This document shows positions 47,801 to 56,237 of a stretch of 64,000 bases of DNA, one piece after another. Under the pieces are notes generated by a model. It was not told where the DNA came from, searched no databases, and saw only the letters and a program-made list of their open reading frames with translations. How positions within the stretch are numbered: the first letter of the stretch is position 1; the number at the start of each line of letters is the position of its first letter. Source of the DNA: a virus; the IMG/VR virus record IMGVR_UViG_3300036884_000495, positions 32,001-96,000 of that record; one strand, given 5' to 3'. A program made the translations under genes and the position numbers.

Positions 47801-50487
47801 TCATGGGCGTGGGTGAGAACTGGGGCGACCGCGGGAAGCAACCCAAAGGACTCCTTCTTCAAATCGCGGGGAGTAGCCCGAAGGAGGGCTTCTTCCAAAG
47901 TACGCTGCTCTCACGTCGCCAAGACATGACGATGCGCGGGACGATCACCCCGGAGCCCGGACTCGGTCTCGATAGCGTGGGCCTGCCGGAGAAGAAGGCG
48001 CTCGACTTGTTCCGCCCCTTCGTCGTCAAGAAGCTGATTGATATGGGTGCTGCAAACACGCCACGCGAAGCACACACGCTCTTGGCGGAGCCGGGCAAGA
48101 AAGACCCGATGGTCTACAAGGCCCTCGACCACGTGATGGCGGAGCGGCCTGTGCTCCTCAAGCGCGACCCGTCGCTGCATAAGCATAGCGTCCAAGCGTT
48201 CTGGTCCCAACGTGTAGGTGGAAAGGCGATACAGATACACCCCCTGGTTACAGGTGGGTTCGGGGCGGACTTTGATGGGGACAGTATGGCTGTGTATGTC
48301 CCAATCGGGAAGGAAGCCGTAGAAGAAGCGAAGAAAATGCTGCCCTCGGCGAACATCTATAACGAGGCGAGCGGCAAGGTGATGTACCAACCGACGTTGG
48401 AGTCAAGTCTTGGCCTATTCAAGTTATCGCGCGTCACGGGAGATGGCAAGCAGAAGTTCGACTCGCATGCGGACCTGCTCAAGGCTGCGCAGACGGGCGC
48501 ACTAAAGGTTACTGACAAGGCCGAGGTGAACGGTAAGGCGACAACTGCAGGGCGCATCATGTTGGCCGCTGCGCTGCCTGATGCCTTCCACACGGACATC
48601 ATGCACAACCTCGATATGCGCCTGAATAAGAAGGGCGTCGACAAGCTGTATACGACGGTGGCGAAGGAGCACACGCACGACTTCGCGGATGTCTCCTCGA
48701 GGTTGATGCGCCTGGGATACGACGCCTCCTTCGGCGCCATCAAGATTCAGAACCCCAATACGGCGGGAACCGCGGGCGCTGTGGAGAAGGAAGGCGAGAA
48801 CCCGAAGGGGCACGTACAGTTCCTGGCTATGGGAACGCACTCCCTTAGTTTGGCCGACTTCACTCCAGACAAGGCGACGCGAGACCCTATCGTGGCGGCT
48901 ACGCAGACGCAGGTAAACAGCATCAACGCGCGCAGGGACATCGGAGACAAAGAGAAGGAGCATCACGTGAAGGAGGCGTGGTTCGACGCCACAGAGAAGA
49001 TGGTGAAGGAGCACGATGCCAAGATGGAGAAGCAGCCAAACAACCTGTTCCTCATGCAGCAGGCCGGCGTGAAGCCCTCCCCAGACCAGTACAGGCAGCT
49101 GCGCCTCGCGCCCATGCTGATGGTTGACAGCCTGAACAAAGTCATCGCCAAGCCTGTGACCAAGAGTTACTCCGAGGGCCTCGATGTGGGCTCCTACTGG
49201 TCTCAGATGTCTGGTGCCCGGCGCGGCTCGGTGCTCAAGGTGCAAGAAGTGCAGGAGCCTGGGTACTTCACCAAGCAGCTGATGAACACCACCATGGGCA
49301 TACAAGTCACGACGCCCGACTGCGGGACCTCGCAAGGTTTGCACATACCCGTGCATTCGCAGGACATCTTCGATCGCACGTTGGCGCAGGACCACACGTT
49401 CGGCGGCGTGACCTATGCGAAGGATTCCATCATCACCCCACAGGTGGCATCAGCCATCAAGTCGGCAGACAAGAATGCCACGCTGCTCGTCCGATCCACG
49501 ATGAAGTGTGAGCATGGCAACGGCGTTTGCCAGAAGTGCGCAGGACTTTCCCCCACAGGGCAGCACTACGACATCGGCACGAACGTGGGCGTACTTGCTA
49601 CGCAAGCCCTCGGTGAACGCGCCACGCAACTCACACTCAAAGCCTTTCACTCAGGAGGCCTCGCCACGCGCGGGCCCAGTATGGTCAACAGCTTCCTTCG
49701 CGTGCAGCAGCTGACGTCGCTGCCGAAGGAGATCCCCAACGCCGCACGATTGGCAGAGAGGGACGGCACCATCGAAAAGATCGAGGAAGATCCCACAGGG
49801 CACATCGCATACATTGGGGGCGTCGCACACCATATCCCCAACGACCAATTCGGTAACCCGTTGTTCAAGCCACCACCCGGTGAGACAGAGACAGAGGGCC
49901 CAGGAGGCCTGAAGTGGGGCGGTATCCAGGTGGGCATGAAGGTAAAGGCGGGGCAGTCTTTGACCGATCCCTCGCGTACGGACATCAATCCCCACGACCT
50001 TTATCGCGTGACGGGTAATATGTCAGAAGTGCAGAACCAGATGGTGACCGAACTCCACGACATCTACGGGCGCGAAGGCGTGCGTAGGCAGAACGTAGAG
50101 ACGGCCATGCGTGGGCTGGGAGACCTCACAAGAGTCGTGGATTCTGGCGACCACGAGCACTTGGTCAAAGGACAGTTCACGTCGAGAGCCGCAGTGCAGG
50201 TGGCGAACAAGGAGCTTGTAGCGAATGGGCTACAGCCGGTGCAGCACACGCCTATACTCAAGGGCATCGAAGTGATGCCGCTCGAAATACAAGAAGACTG
50301 GATGGCGAAGTTGAATCACCAGCGTCTACGTACTAGCCTGCAGGAAAGCGCTTCCCTTGGAGCCGCCTCTAACCTCCACGGCACAAACCCAGTAAGCGGC
50401 ATGGCGTACGGCGCTCAATTCGGCATGACCCAAAAAGATAAGTACGTCCACCCAGAGCTCAAAGACGTGCCGAACTACGCCTACTAA
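41854..50487 (+). CDS. rpoBC: Single-chain DNA-directed RNA polymerase, beta-beta' fusion, with two inteins (about 2160 aa mature)
   Basis: Beta motifs: SHIGFLDPAHTPEG, LIPFL, GYNFEDG, GDKIAGRYGNKG, NP|CGIPGRMNMGQ, GGQSMG. Beta' motifs: LPVIPP.MRP, RDPSLH, GADFDGD, GARRG, GYFTKQL, QALGERATQLTLKAFH. Confidence 0.95.
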   Translation: MAYLDPKQAFADLKTNVLEGLEAHFPITGTKQSVHLEGLDVRENKHDVGDLQAQHQTKLDGGSWGAPVYGTLALKNNETGAVIDRKTIKLADLPQMTQRHSYIVDGQEYQVDSQWRLKQGAYTRRRDNGQLETQFNTLGKKGFDITFNPENKVFSMTRGSSENIPVYTLMKHLGVDDTSLEKSWGKDILDANKSARGVNTALDRFYKADKKRAPATPDEAKQHFIDSMLGAKLRPDSTEITLGKPYTHVNGDVFHAATTKMIGVQRGDIPEDQRDSLVFKDLRTVADIAKDQLTNFNTVSAMKKRVGRKINTATSVREVVRSDMLSAPVRSAFTGNSLSRVADQVNPVEMITSSFQTTITGPGGIQSDHQISETAKLISPSHIGFLDPAHTPEGCFDECTEVFTSSGWVPWPSVTQATYFACLVDDRLEFHLSSELQDYEYSGRMYGLRKPGFEYLVTPNHRMLCRPLDDGTVYRVVRADEMHEKPRFFKAGHEPYVGQNAARYALPYVPGNNSSKNVADVDFGDWAEFVGWFLSEGSCRYEESSSAYMIKVFQSEINTACCRRIEALLDRLGFTWCLSEREHGRNVYTVATKQLAWYMRQLGTGPFDKHMLPEMHDWPVHARYRLMESLMLGDGRLNHTHKKAKQQGYAYTTTSPALALDVERVIISLGWAAHICRYEDKREERYKDVYEVRLLLHKESSTRMSSRRRGECPYYTLDYSGRVYCATVPGSFLYVRRNGKHPIWLGNSKTGVTSHLPLFVTKEGNRPMIPVFNLKTQQMDRIDPVTFHNSKVVMPDQVTWDKNKPTAVANTITISSKGNELADGTLKGSDYVMRHPSQLFSLTTNLIPFLNNNSGNRVSYATHHIEQAISLHDRDAPLVQVGTGRQDGIKTFEDLVGRQSAHTSPTAGTVTAITANHIMVTGKDGEKKIGIYNNFPLNDPKSVLHSTPVVKVGDQVTAGQLVADNNFTRNGTLALGKNLRVAFVPLKGYNFEDGVVISETGAQKMSSEHMHKPSTILGPGTITGLDKYKALHPTGFERDQLAKLGDDGIVRIGQIVQPGDPLVVASKPYESKGSMSLSRIRKSLSAQNMDASLAWKTDHPGEVVGVHQDDKGNVTVHVKTIEPMQVGDKIAGRYGNKGIITAVVPDHEMPHTIDDKGVKSPIEMALNPCYDDQTEFLTKRGWVLGKDLQDHDFLGTVNPQTFCLEYQRPVEGISRQQYKGKMYFLQNRELELCVTPNHRNFVATRCTDALGVLDLEYLPEGLFRLEEARSHFGRARRFLKTARWAGVDPGVIVIRAGTQRLTGPKQSSLTIASADFAEFMGWYISEGYCSYNKASGAYGINICQARAANPKKHAKIEGLLMRLGLAYTVRDTEFQVRHKGLYEYLRPLGLCADKYIPEDIQQLPPALLRIFLDTYLAGDGNTRYEPARGHYNTRRFTTTSSRLVDDLQIVALKLGLVVNKHKPTTRKNKPGAPCFDSAVGSRNKAPWANWSEDTKENQVEAWVDYSGVVYCAEVPNHTLVTRRGGTVVVSGNCGIPGRMNMGQVLETAAAKIAHKTGQTYIVNNFEHGVDALDKVKKELKAHGLSDTEVLHDPMSGQELGPALVGMQHILKLNFQIDKKVSTRSGMPLDGAEAEHYDADTLIPSGGGKTGGQSMGNLGMYSMLAHGATANIREMQTWKSEGADRKERWDSPHHEIWNAIQNGDIPPPPKKTFAFQKFEDTLRAAGIDVQKKGHQMLLTPLTNQQVLKMSKGELPEPGYVTFAKPDANGEPTTRKGGLFDPVLTGGHGGKNWTHIALPEPVPNPVFENAIQRITGLTKKEYTDVTTGEKAISKDTGKIVPLGTKNAIAGGAGIAHILGQMDVKEELAKAQKSLDSYNIPDNIAHREGTQEIDKRSKKVRYLTALDNAGIHPKDAYVLTNLPVIPPLMRPSSFLPSGDVNHADVNQLYAAIGDISGAMKDKNYKFLSDHDKKIDRANMYDGVKALMGVGENWGDRGKQPKGLLLQIAGSSPKEGFFQSTLLSRRQDMTMRGTITPEPGLGLDSVGLPEKKALDLFRPFVVKKLIDMGAANTPREAHTLLAEPGKKDPMVYKALDHVMAERPVLLKRDPSLHKHSVQAFWSQRVGGKAIQIHPLVTGGFGADFDGDSMAVYVPIGKEAVEEAKKMLPSANIYNEASGKVMYQPTLESSLGLFKLSRVTGDGKQKFDSHADLLKAAQTGALKVTDKAEVNGKATTAGRIMLAAALPDAFHTDIMHNLDMRLNKKGVDKLYTTVAKEHTHDFADVSSRLMRLGYDASFGAIKIQNPNTAGTAGAVEKEGENPKGHVQFLAMGTHSLSLADFTPDKATRDPIVAATQTQVNSINARRDIGDKEKEHHVKEAWFDATEKMVKEHDAKMEKQPNNLFLMQQAGVKPSPDQYRQLRLAPMLMVDSLNKVIAKPVTKSYSEGLDVGSYWSQMSGARRGSVLKVQEVQEPGYFTKQLMNTTMGIQVTTPDCGTSQGLHIPVHSQDIFDRTLAQDHTFGGVTYAKDSIITPQVASAIKSADKNATLLVRSTMKCEHGNGVCQKCAGLSPTGQHYDIGTNVGVLATQALGERATQLTLKAFHSGGLATRGPSMVNSFLRVQQLTSLPKEIPNAARLAERDGTIEKIEEDPTGHIAYIGGVAHHIPNDQFGNPLFKPPPGETETEGPGGLKWGGIQVGMKVKAGQSLTDPSRTDINPHDLYRVTGNMSEVQNQMVTELHDIYGREGVRRQNVETAMRGLGDLTRVVDSGDHEHLVKGQFTSRAAVQVANKELVANGLQPVQHTPILKGIEVMPLEIQEDWMAKLNHQRLRTSLQESASLGAASNLHGTNPVSGMAYGAQFGMTQKDKYVHPELKDVPNYAY
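43036..44094 (+). mobile_element. Intein A in the RNAP beta part (353 aa, LAGLIDADG)
   Basis: TPEG|CFDECTEV...VTPNHR...GWFLSEG...LMLGDG...IWLGN|S. Confidence 0.92.
45358..46449 (+). mobile_element. Intein B in the RNAP beta part (364 aa, LAGLIDADG)
   Basis: ALNP|CYDDQTEF...VTPNHR...GWYISEG...YLAGDG...VVSGN|C. Confidence 0.92.
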
Positions 50488-51798
50488 ATGTCCAAGAACA
50501 TCACCAGTCCGAAGACCAACACGAAGTCCCCGATGGAGCGCACAAGCATGCGCACCTCGTGGACGCAACCTGCAGGGGGCACCGCCGCCTTCATCCACGA
50601 GGCGCGGGTTGTGGACTACAACTTGGTGACGTGGACGGTGGACGTGCGCACGCAGTACGACCAGAAGTTCTATCCGAACATCCAGGTGGGCGGCCCGTAC
50701 ATGCACCCGAATCGTGGTGAGGGCTTCTATGCGATGCCGGACATCAACGCCAAGTGCCTGGTGTGCATTCCCAGCGACGGTCCGCCGCCATACATCTTCA
50801 CGTTCATCATGCCGATGGAGACGCCAGAGGATCCGGCGGGCAGCACCGCCACTACTGCGGCAGCCACGACGGCCGCACAGAGCGCAACGGCGCAAGCCGG
50901 AGCAAGCCAAGGTGCTGTGTTCTCCGGTGGGCGTACACGGGCAAAGCCTGGTGACATGGTTTGGAAGGGCCGCGATGGCAACTTCGTAGTCCTACACCGA
51001 GGCGGCGTCCTGCAGATTGGATCAACGGAACTCGCACAACGAATCTACATCCCGCTCGGGAACATCATCACGGACATCAGCCAGAACTACGAGCACCATA
51101 ACTCTGGGGGCTCAATCAACTGGGGGCTGTCTTCCAGCTACACGGACGACAACGCAGAAACGTCCTTCCTCCAGACGTTTCGAACGTTTGTGAACAACGA
51201 CATGGCCGACGTGCGCGTAGCCATAGGCTACGTCCACCAACCGGTGCCGGAGCCGCCGGGCGGAGAGGCGGCGAACAATGCGGGCATGAACATCGGTGTG
51301 GATGCAAATGGGGACGGCACCATCGTCGCCGAGTTTGTGATCGCCCCCGGAGGCTTCACAACCGAATCGGGAGCACCCACAGGGGACGCCGCGAAGCTGT
51401 CGGTCATCCGACTGTTCTTCGACTCGAATGGCGGCGCATTCCTGCGCGCACAAGCGAGCCTGAACGTGCGCGTAGGCAAGAAGCTACGTCTCGCTGTGAA
51501 TGACCTCGTGGTCGAAGCAGACAACAACATCCAGATGTCCGCGAAAGGATCTGCGCGCATAGCGGGTGCCGCCGGCGTACAGATCACAGCGGCTTCTGGT
51601 GCCGTTGTACTCAATGGCGGCGGTTCGCCCGTGGCCGTTGTGGGGTCCGCGGTAGATGTACTTATCTCCATGCCGATCCCAATCAGCGTAATGGTGGGCA
51701 CGACGCCGACGACTGGCGTGATCCTTGGCGGCGCGAAGCTGACAGGGTTTGTAGTGAGCGGATCTCCAACAGTGCTCGCACCCGGACCGGGGGGTTGA
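50488..51798 (+). CDS. Baseplate central spike (gpV/gp5-like OB-fold plus beta-helix, PAAR-like C-terminus)
   Basis: ARVVDYN..TVDV..GEGFYAMP.I.AKCLV, then beta-strand repeats, ending PVAVVGS...GFVVSGSPTVLA. Confidence 0.65.
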   Translation: MSKNITSPKTNTKSPMERTSMRTSWTQPAGGTAAFIHEARVVDYNLVTWTVDVRTQYDQKFYPNIQVGGPYMHPNRGEGFYAMPDINAKCLVCIPSDGPPPYIFTFIMPMETPEDPAGSTATTAAATTAAQSATAQAGASQGAVFSGGRTRAKPGDMVWKGRDGNFVVLHRGGVLQIGSTELAQRIYIPLGNIITDISQNYEHHNSGGSINWGLSSSYTDDNAETSFLQTFRTFVNNDMADVRVAIGYVHQPVPEPPGGEAANNAGMNIGVDANGDGTIVAEFVIAPGGFTTESGAPTGDAAKLSVIRLFFDSNGGAFLRAQASLNVRVGKKLRLAVNDLVVEADNNIQMSAKGSARIAGAAGVQITAASGAVVLNGGGSPVAVVGSAVDVLISMPIPISVMVGTTPTTGVILGGAKLTGFVVSGSPTVLAPGPGG

Positions 51799-51799
51799 T

Positions 51800-52432
51800 A
51801 TGGCAGTAGGTACCCCAAAGAGTGGGACGCTCGGTGCGTTCAACGTGGGTTTGGCTACAAGCGTGGCGACACTGGTGCCTCTGGGCGCGCAGGTGGACGC
51901 GCTCATTGCTGCGGGCATCGGACCCTTTCAAGAAGACCTAAGCGCGCGCTTGAATGCTGCCGTAAGTGCGTCGGCGACTCTGAGTGTCGCAGTAGGGAAT
52001 CCGTTTGCAGGCATTCAATCCGTACTGATGTCGCTGTCGGGCATTCAGCAGGCGCTTCAATTGGCGCTCCAGTACCCCACCCCCACGCTGCAGTACAGCG
52101 AGCAACTCAGTACGCTGATGGCGCTGTCTGGAACACTGGCCGCGGAGTTGGGCGCACTTCAGCAGGTGATACAACAGTCCAACCAGATAAAGACGGCGGC
52201 GCTGCGAGGCGCAGCTGACTTATCCGCAGGCGTCAACGCCGGCCCTGCCTTTTTCTTCGACTTCAATGGTTCGCTAGGAGCAGTGGGTGGCGAGCTTGCT
52301 AGCCTCTGTGTCGGCGGGCTTATTGACGGCACCAATACAATAACCCCAACGCAGCAGGTTTACGGGATCGTGCTTCTGAGCTCCGTACCTTCTGTTCAAA
52401 CCGCACTAAGTGCAATAATCAAGGCACCATGA
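51800..52432 (+). CDS. Hypothetical helical virion protein
   Basis: 210 aa, Ala/Leu/Ser-rich, follows the spike gene. Confidence 0.6.
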   Translation: MAVGTPKSGTLGAFNVGLATSVATLVPLGAQVDALIAAGIGPFQEDLSARLNAAVSASATLSVAVGNPFAGIQSVLMSLSGIQQALQLALQYPTPTLQYSEQLSTLMALSGTLAAELGALQQVIQQSNQIKTAALRGAADLSAGVNAGPAFFFDFNGSLGAVGGELASLCVGGLIDGTNTITPTQQVYGIVLLSSVPSVQTALSAIIKAP

Positions 52433-54534
52433 GCAACGCGCAGCACCTGTTCTTCCAGCCTGATACCGCCTTTGTCGAGAAGACCGCGGGCGAGGTTGAC
52501 CTTCCTGACGATCCAAATCAATGGGCGCAGGTGATTCTCCAAGAACTGTACAAGCAGGTGCCGTACATCACGGACTACCAGCCGCACGTGCAGATGGAGC
52601 GCACCGATGCAGAGCGCGGGTACGGACTCGGACACGTGGAGATCCAGAACCAGACGGAGGCTCCACAAGAGACCCCGCAGGATCAACTGGATGCCGCCGG
52701 TGTTCGTACCGTGCGCATTCCCTTCGTTGTACGCGAGAAGAAGTTGTCGCCGTTCGACCTTTTGATCAACGACACAGGCGCTGTGATTCCTCTCACGGAG
52801 AACCGCCTTCGCCAGGCCCTCTTCCGACCGCAGGCCTTCGACGTCACCAGCCGTACGCCCGGCGACCAAAGCATGATCGGTCAGCTCTATCCTCCGTACC
52901 GTCAGAACTACGGATTCGGCGGTGGCGGTATGGCCATGAACGCCGCAGGCGGCATGGGCATCGGCAAAGTCGGGCATGTAACTGCCTTGGAGCAGTTTCT
53001 CACGCCTAAGACTGCGGCAGCCGCGGCTCCCTGCGCATCTGCTGTAAAGAAGCCGGTGGGTGTGGTGAAGCATGGTTCGATCCTCGAAGCCATTCTTCCG
53101 ACGCTCGATGAGAACGACCGCGCGCGGTTGGTGGACGAAGTCACCAAGCAGGCACAAGCCTTGTTCGCGCGATCCTCTATTGGGTCTTCTCGCTTTCAAG
53201 ATGCCGTGTCGTTGGTGCTTGATGGCGAAGAGAGCGTGAAGAGCGCGGCGTGGGAGCAGTGGCTCAAGGCCGACGTCGTCCAAGTGCAGAAGGTGGCTTC
53301 GGGCTACCGTGTGAAGACGGCAAGCCACCGCTATTGGGATCCGCAAGTATCCGTCGTCGATCGCGGGGATGTGGTCCGCGCATATGGGGCGGAAGTTGCC
53401 CTGAACACCGACCTCACGGGCTGCTGCACGGTTGCAAGCGGCCTCACAAAGATGGCTTCAGAAGAAGCTGTCGTGCCTCCGAGCATCGTCAAGGAACCCG
53501 GCGCTTACAAAGTAATGGATTCCAACGGGCAGGAGCATGTGGGCTACGTAGTGCCGACGCTTATCAGCGCAGGTGACTTCGAGTTGCCTATCTCGCTCTT
53601 CACCAATGGGAGCGTAGTCGCCATTCAGAGTGAGATCTACGGGGTGCCCGCGGGCGATATCAGTCTCCCCTTCGGCCCCATCGGGCATAGCGGCGCGTTC
53701 TACACGATGGGTGGTTCGGGTGTGCGCATGCTGTCGCCCGTGGAGCTGCAGGACTCCATCACGCTCGAGGGCCAACCGCGCACGTACAACGGAACGACCT
53801 TCGAGGGGTCACCCATTCAGATCTCCATCCAAGACAACATCACGGACATCACGCCCGTGTCTGAGGGGCGCGTGCTCATTCCCACCTCGTGGAAGTGGCT
53901 GGCGCTCGATGGTGCGCAACACATTACCCTCGTGAATGGGGACGCAGCGACAGCGTTGCATCCAGAGAACAAGCTCGCCAACGTGTCCGTGATCTCCGAC
54001 GGCATGTCCTTCTCTCTGGAAGGCGTTCCGCTGCAGAAGATTGCGAACGACCAAAAGCGCTTCCTCAACTTGGACGACGCCATGTTCCTGCTCGCAGGAC
54101 TCGGCGTGGACCCGCACTACGGCACGCAGAAGCTTGCAGAAGCCATCGCGTACAAGGCGCCTGCGATCATCAAGATTGCACGCGTTGTGGAACGCAAAGA
54201 GGACCTCTTCGAGAAGGCGATGGACAAGGCCGCAGGAGTCATCGCGTCGGTCGCGGGACTACAGCAGCCACTTCTTCTGAAGGAAGCCGCGAGCTTCCCC
54301 GACCCTCAGATGGTGGACACTGTCCTCAGTCTCGGATTCATCAACCCCGAGAACATCATGACGTTCGTCAGCTACCTGCCCGATCTAGAAGACGCGCAGG
54401 AGAAACTCTGCGAACTTCTATTCGGTGTGCGCCTAGGTTTGTCGAACGTTCCCCAGTCCGCAGTAGAACGCGGCGTGCGTTCTATCGAAGAAGTGATTGA
54501 AGGCCTGAAGATTCTCGGCTTCCAAGGTTCTTGA
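52429..54534 (+). CDS. Putative head-associated protein rich in K-x-A motifs
   Basis: 701 aa containing EKTAG, PKTAA, TKQAQ, VKSAA, QKVAS, VKTAS, TKMAS, NKLAN, QKIAN, QKLAE and LKEAA. Confidence 0.65.
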   Translation: MSNAQHLFFQPDTAFVEKTAGEVDLPDDPNQWAQVILQELYKQVPYITDYQPHVQMERTDAERGYGLGHVEIQNQTEAPQETPQDQLDAAGVRTVRIPFVVREKKLSPFDLLINDTGAVIPLTENRLRQALFRPQAFDVTSRTPGDQSMIGQLYPPYRQNYGFGGGGMAMNAAGGMGIGKVGHVTALEQFLTPKTAAAAAPCASAVKKPVGVVKHGSILEAILPTLDENDRARLVDEVTKQAQALFARSSIGSSRFQDAVSLVLDGEESVKSAAWEQWLKADVVQVQKVASGYRVKTASHRYWDPQVSVVDRGDVVRAYGAEVALNTDLTGCCTVASGLTKMASEEAVVPPSIVKEPGAYKVMDSNGQEHVGYVVPTLISAGDFELPISLFTNGSVVAIQSEIYGVPAGDISLPFGPIGHSGAFYTMGGSGVRMLSPVELQDSITLEGQPRTYNGTTFEGSPIQISIQDNITDITPVSEGRVLIPTSWKWLALDGAQHITLVNGDAATALHPENKLANVSVISDGMSFSLEGVPLQKIANDQKRFLNLDDAMFLLAGLGVDPHYGTQKLAEAIAYKAPAIIKIARVVERKEDLFEKAMDKAAGVIASVAGLQQPLLLKEAASFPDPQMVDTVLSLGFINPENIMTFVSYLPDLEDAQEKLCELLFGVRLGLSNVPQSAVERGVRSIEEVIEGLKILGFQGS

Positions 54535-54567
54535 TCCACAGCGACGTGCATGCGATATGCTCCTTGA

Positions 54568-55497
54568 ATGATCTCAAGGAGCCCCGCCGAGTACTACATA
54601 AAGTACATGATGCTTCTTCCGGCTGCCATGGCAGACGCGGACATCGTGCGCAAGTTGCGCGATCAGCAGCTTGACTACCCTGGTGCGCAGTATCTGAAGC
54701 TACTGCGCGCGTCCCTTACGCCCCCGCAGCCTTTCTACCCCACGGTACAAACGCACGCGCCCTCGTATAGGTTCCTGCAGTACCACCGTGTGCACAAGCT
54801 GTTCTTCCCCGATGAACACATGCACAAAGCAGCGTGGTTACTGCAGCATCCGCGAGGGAAAGAAGTCATCGAGTCGCTTCTACTTACGGCGGAAACCCCC
54901 GAGAAGATTGTGCAGCGACTCGCCTACTTGGGATTTCAGACGGTGACGGAGCAAGCGGTCGCGTACTACAAGCACTTCTTCTTGAACCCGGAGCTTGTGA
55001 GTCCTATGGAGATGGCGGCGTTGATCGTCATCCGCGTGGAGGACATACTGCTTGAAGGGGATGACAGGGAGACGCAGATCCGGTACAAGGCAATGAAAAG
55101 CGCCATGTACTCGGACCCCCGTTACCGCGCCGTGACGTCAGTGAATAAAGAGACGGCCGCCATGGGCCTGCAACTACGCCACGGGGTAACTCCAGATCGT
55201 GTGGGGTTCAGTAAGTTGCTGACGTCCATACAGCAGACAGGGGCGACGGCGGTACTCGAGGCTGTCAACCGAAGGGGGCCCAAGGATGCACAAAACGCAC
55301 GGGACTATATGTCTGTAGTAGATATCGCCTCTCGCACATTGAAAGAGATGGGTGACGGGGATGGGAACTTTAGTAAGGCAATCATAGCCCTCGGTACGGA
55401 CAAGCGCGAGGTGCCTGGCGTTCTGCAGATGACAGAGGGTAACTACACAGACGGCGTGAGTACGGGCACAGGAGAGAAAACAAATGCAAGCAAGTGA
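54568..55497 (+). CDS. Hypothetical protein (possible small terminase by position)
   Basis: 309 aa, helical, upstream of terL. TATGCT lies 6 nt before the ATG (leaderless-like). Confidence 0.6.
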   Translation: MISRSPAEYYIKYMMLLPAAMADADIVRKLRDQQLDYPGAQYLKLLRASLTPPQPFYPTVQTHAPSYRFLQYHRVHKLFFPDEHMHKAAWLLQHPRGKEVIESLLLTAETPEKIVQRLAYLGFQTVTEQAVAYYKHFFLNPELVSPMEMAALIVIRVEDILLEGDDRETQIRYKAMKSAMYSDPRYRAVTSVNKETAAMGLQLRHGVTPDRVGFSKLLTSIQQTGATAVLEAVNRRGPKDAQNARDYMSVVDIASRTLKEMGDGDGNFSKAIIALGTDKREVPGVLQMTEGNYTDGVSTGTGEKTNASK

Positions 55498-55969
55498 ACA
55501 GAACATCGGAATCCTCGGCGTCGATGGCAGGGACGACGTACATGAAGCCTTCCAGGGTACGTATGACCCCAACGACCCAAAGCACATGGCGCCCATACCT
55601 TTGGAGTTTGTGCCCACGAAGCTTCGGTACTTCAATGCGGAACACACAGTATCCGGGGGCAACATCGTCATTCACTTCTACGTATCCGATAACGTGCGAA
55701 CGCAGTGGAAGATGGACTACATCGAGCACTGGTGGCTGAACGACTTCGCTACCAATATGAGTACGGTGGCGCAGGAGCACTTCGAGGCCACCGTTCCGCG
55801 CATCTTGGCGAAGTACACCCACGAAGCTGCGAGTTGGTGGTTCAGGGCACAGGGGTATGACTATCTTCTCGATGTAGCCGGCTTTCTTCGCGCTTTCTAT
55901 GAGCGGCTTGACGAAACGATTCACTCTTCGCTTCAGCAAGGAGCCGCTGCTCCAGTGGGTACGGCTTGA
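55484..55969 (+). CDS. Hypothetical protein
   Basis: 161 aa with an AGGAG RBS. Confidence 0.65.
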   Translation: MQASEQNIGILGVDGRDDVHEAFQGTYDPNDPKHMAPIPLEFVPTKLRYFNAEHTVSGGNIVIHFYVSDNVRTQWKMDYIEHWWLNDFATNMSTVAQEHFEATVPRILAKYTHEAASWWFRAQGYDYLLDVAGFLRAFYERLDETIHSSLQQGAAAPVGTA

Positions 55970-56237
55970 GCGAAAACTCCACACTGGCCTTGCCGATCTT
56001 GACGTACTTCGCGAGCCACCCAACGTCCAGGGCGGCCGACCGGATGATGCCTCGAACGGTCTTGTGCATGCTGTGTGGCAAGTCCTTGTGGGCCAGCGTG
56101 GCCCTGTGCTCGCACTTCTCCGCGTCGGCTTTGATCGACCAACCCCCGGGGAAGTGCGGACCGGCACTATTCAACCACACCCACACAGCCATCAGCGCCC
56201 CTTGTGGGTCGTCGGTTTCTTGAGGTTCCATGGGCAT
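55842..56237 (-). CDS. Possible small basic protein on the opposite strand
   Basis: Best-looking ORF filling the 55970-56229 gap, but it overlaps both neighbours. Confidence 0.35.
   Translation of the reverse strand: MPMEPQETDDPQGALMAVWVWLNSAGPHFPGGWSIKADAEKCEHRATLAHKDLPHSMHKTVRGIIRSAALDVGWLAKYVKIGKASVEFSLKPYPLEQRLLAEAKSESFRQAAHRKREESRLHREDSHTPVP

Noticed and set aside
41854-50487. Cellular rpoB/rpoC locus (bacterial chromosome)
   Set aside because: There are no flanking ribosomal-protein genes, the sequence is strongly reduced and divergent, and it is surrounded by portal, terminase and baseplate genes.
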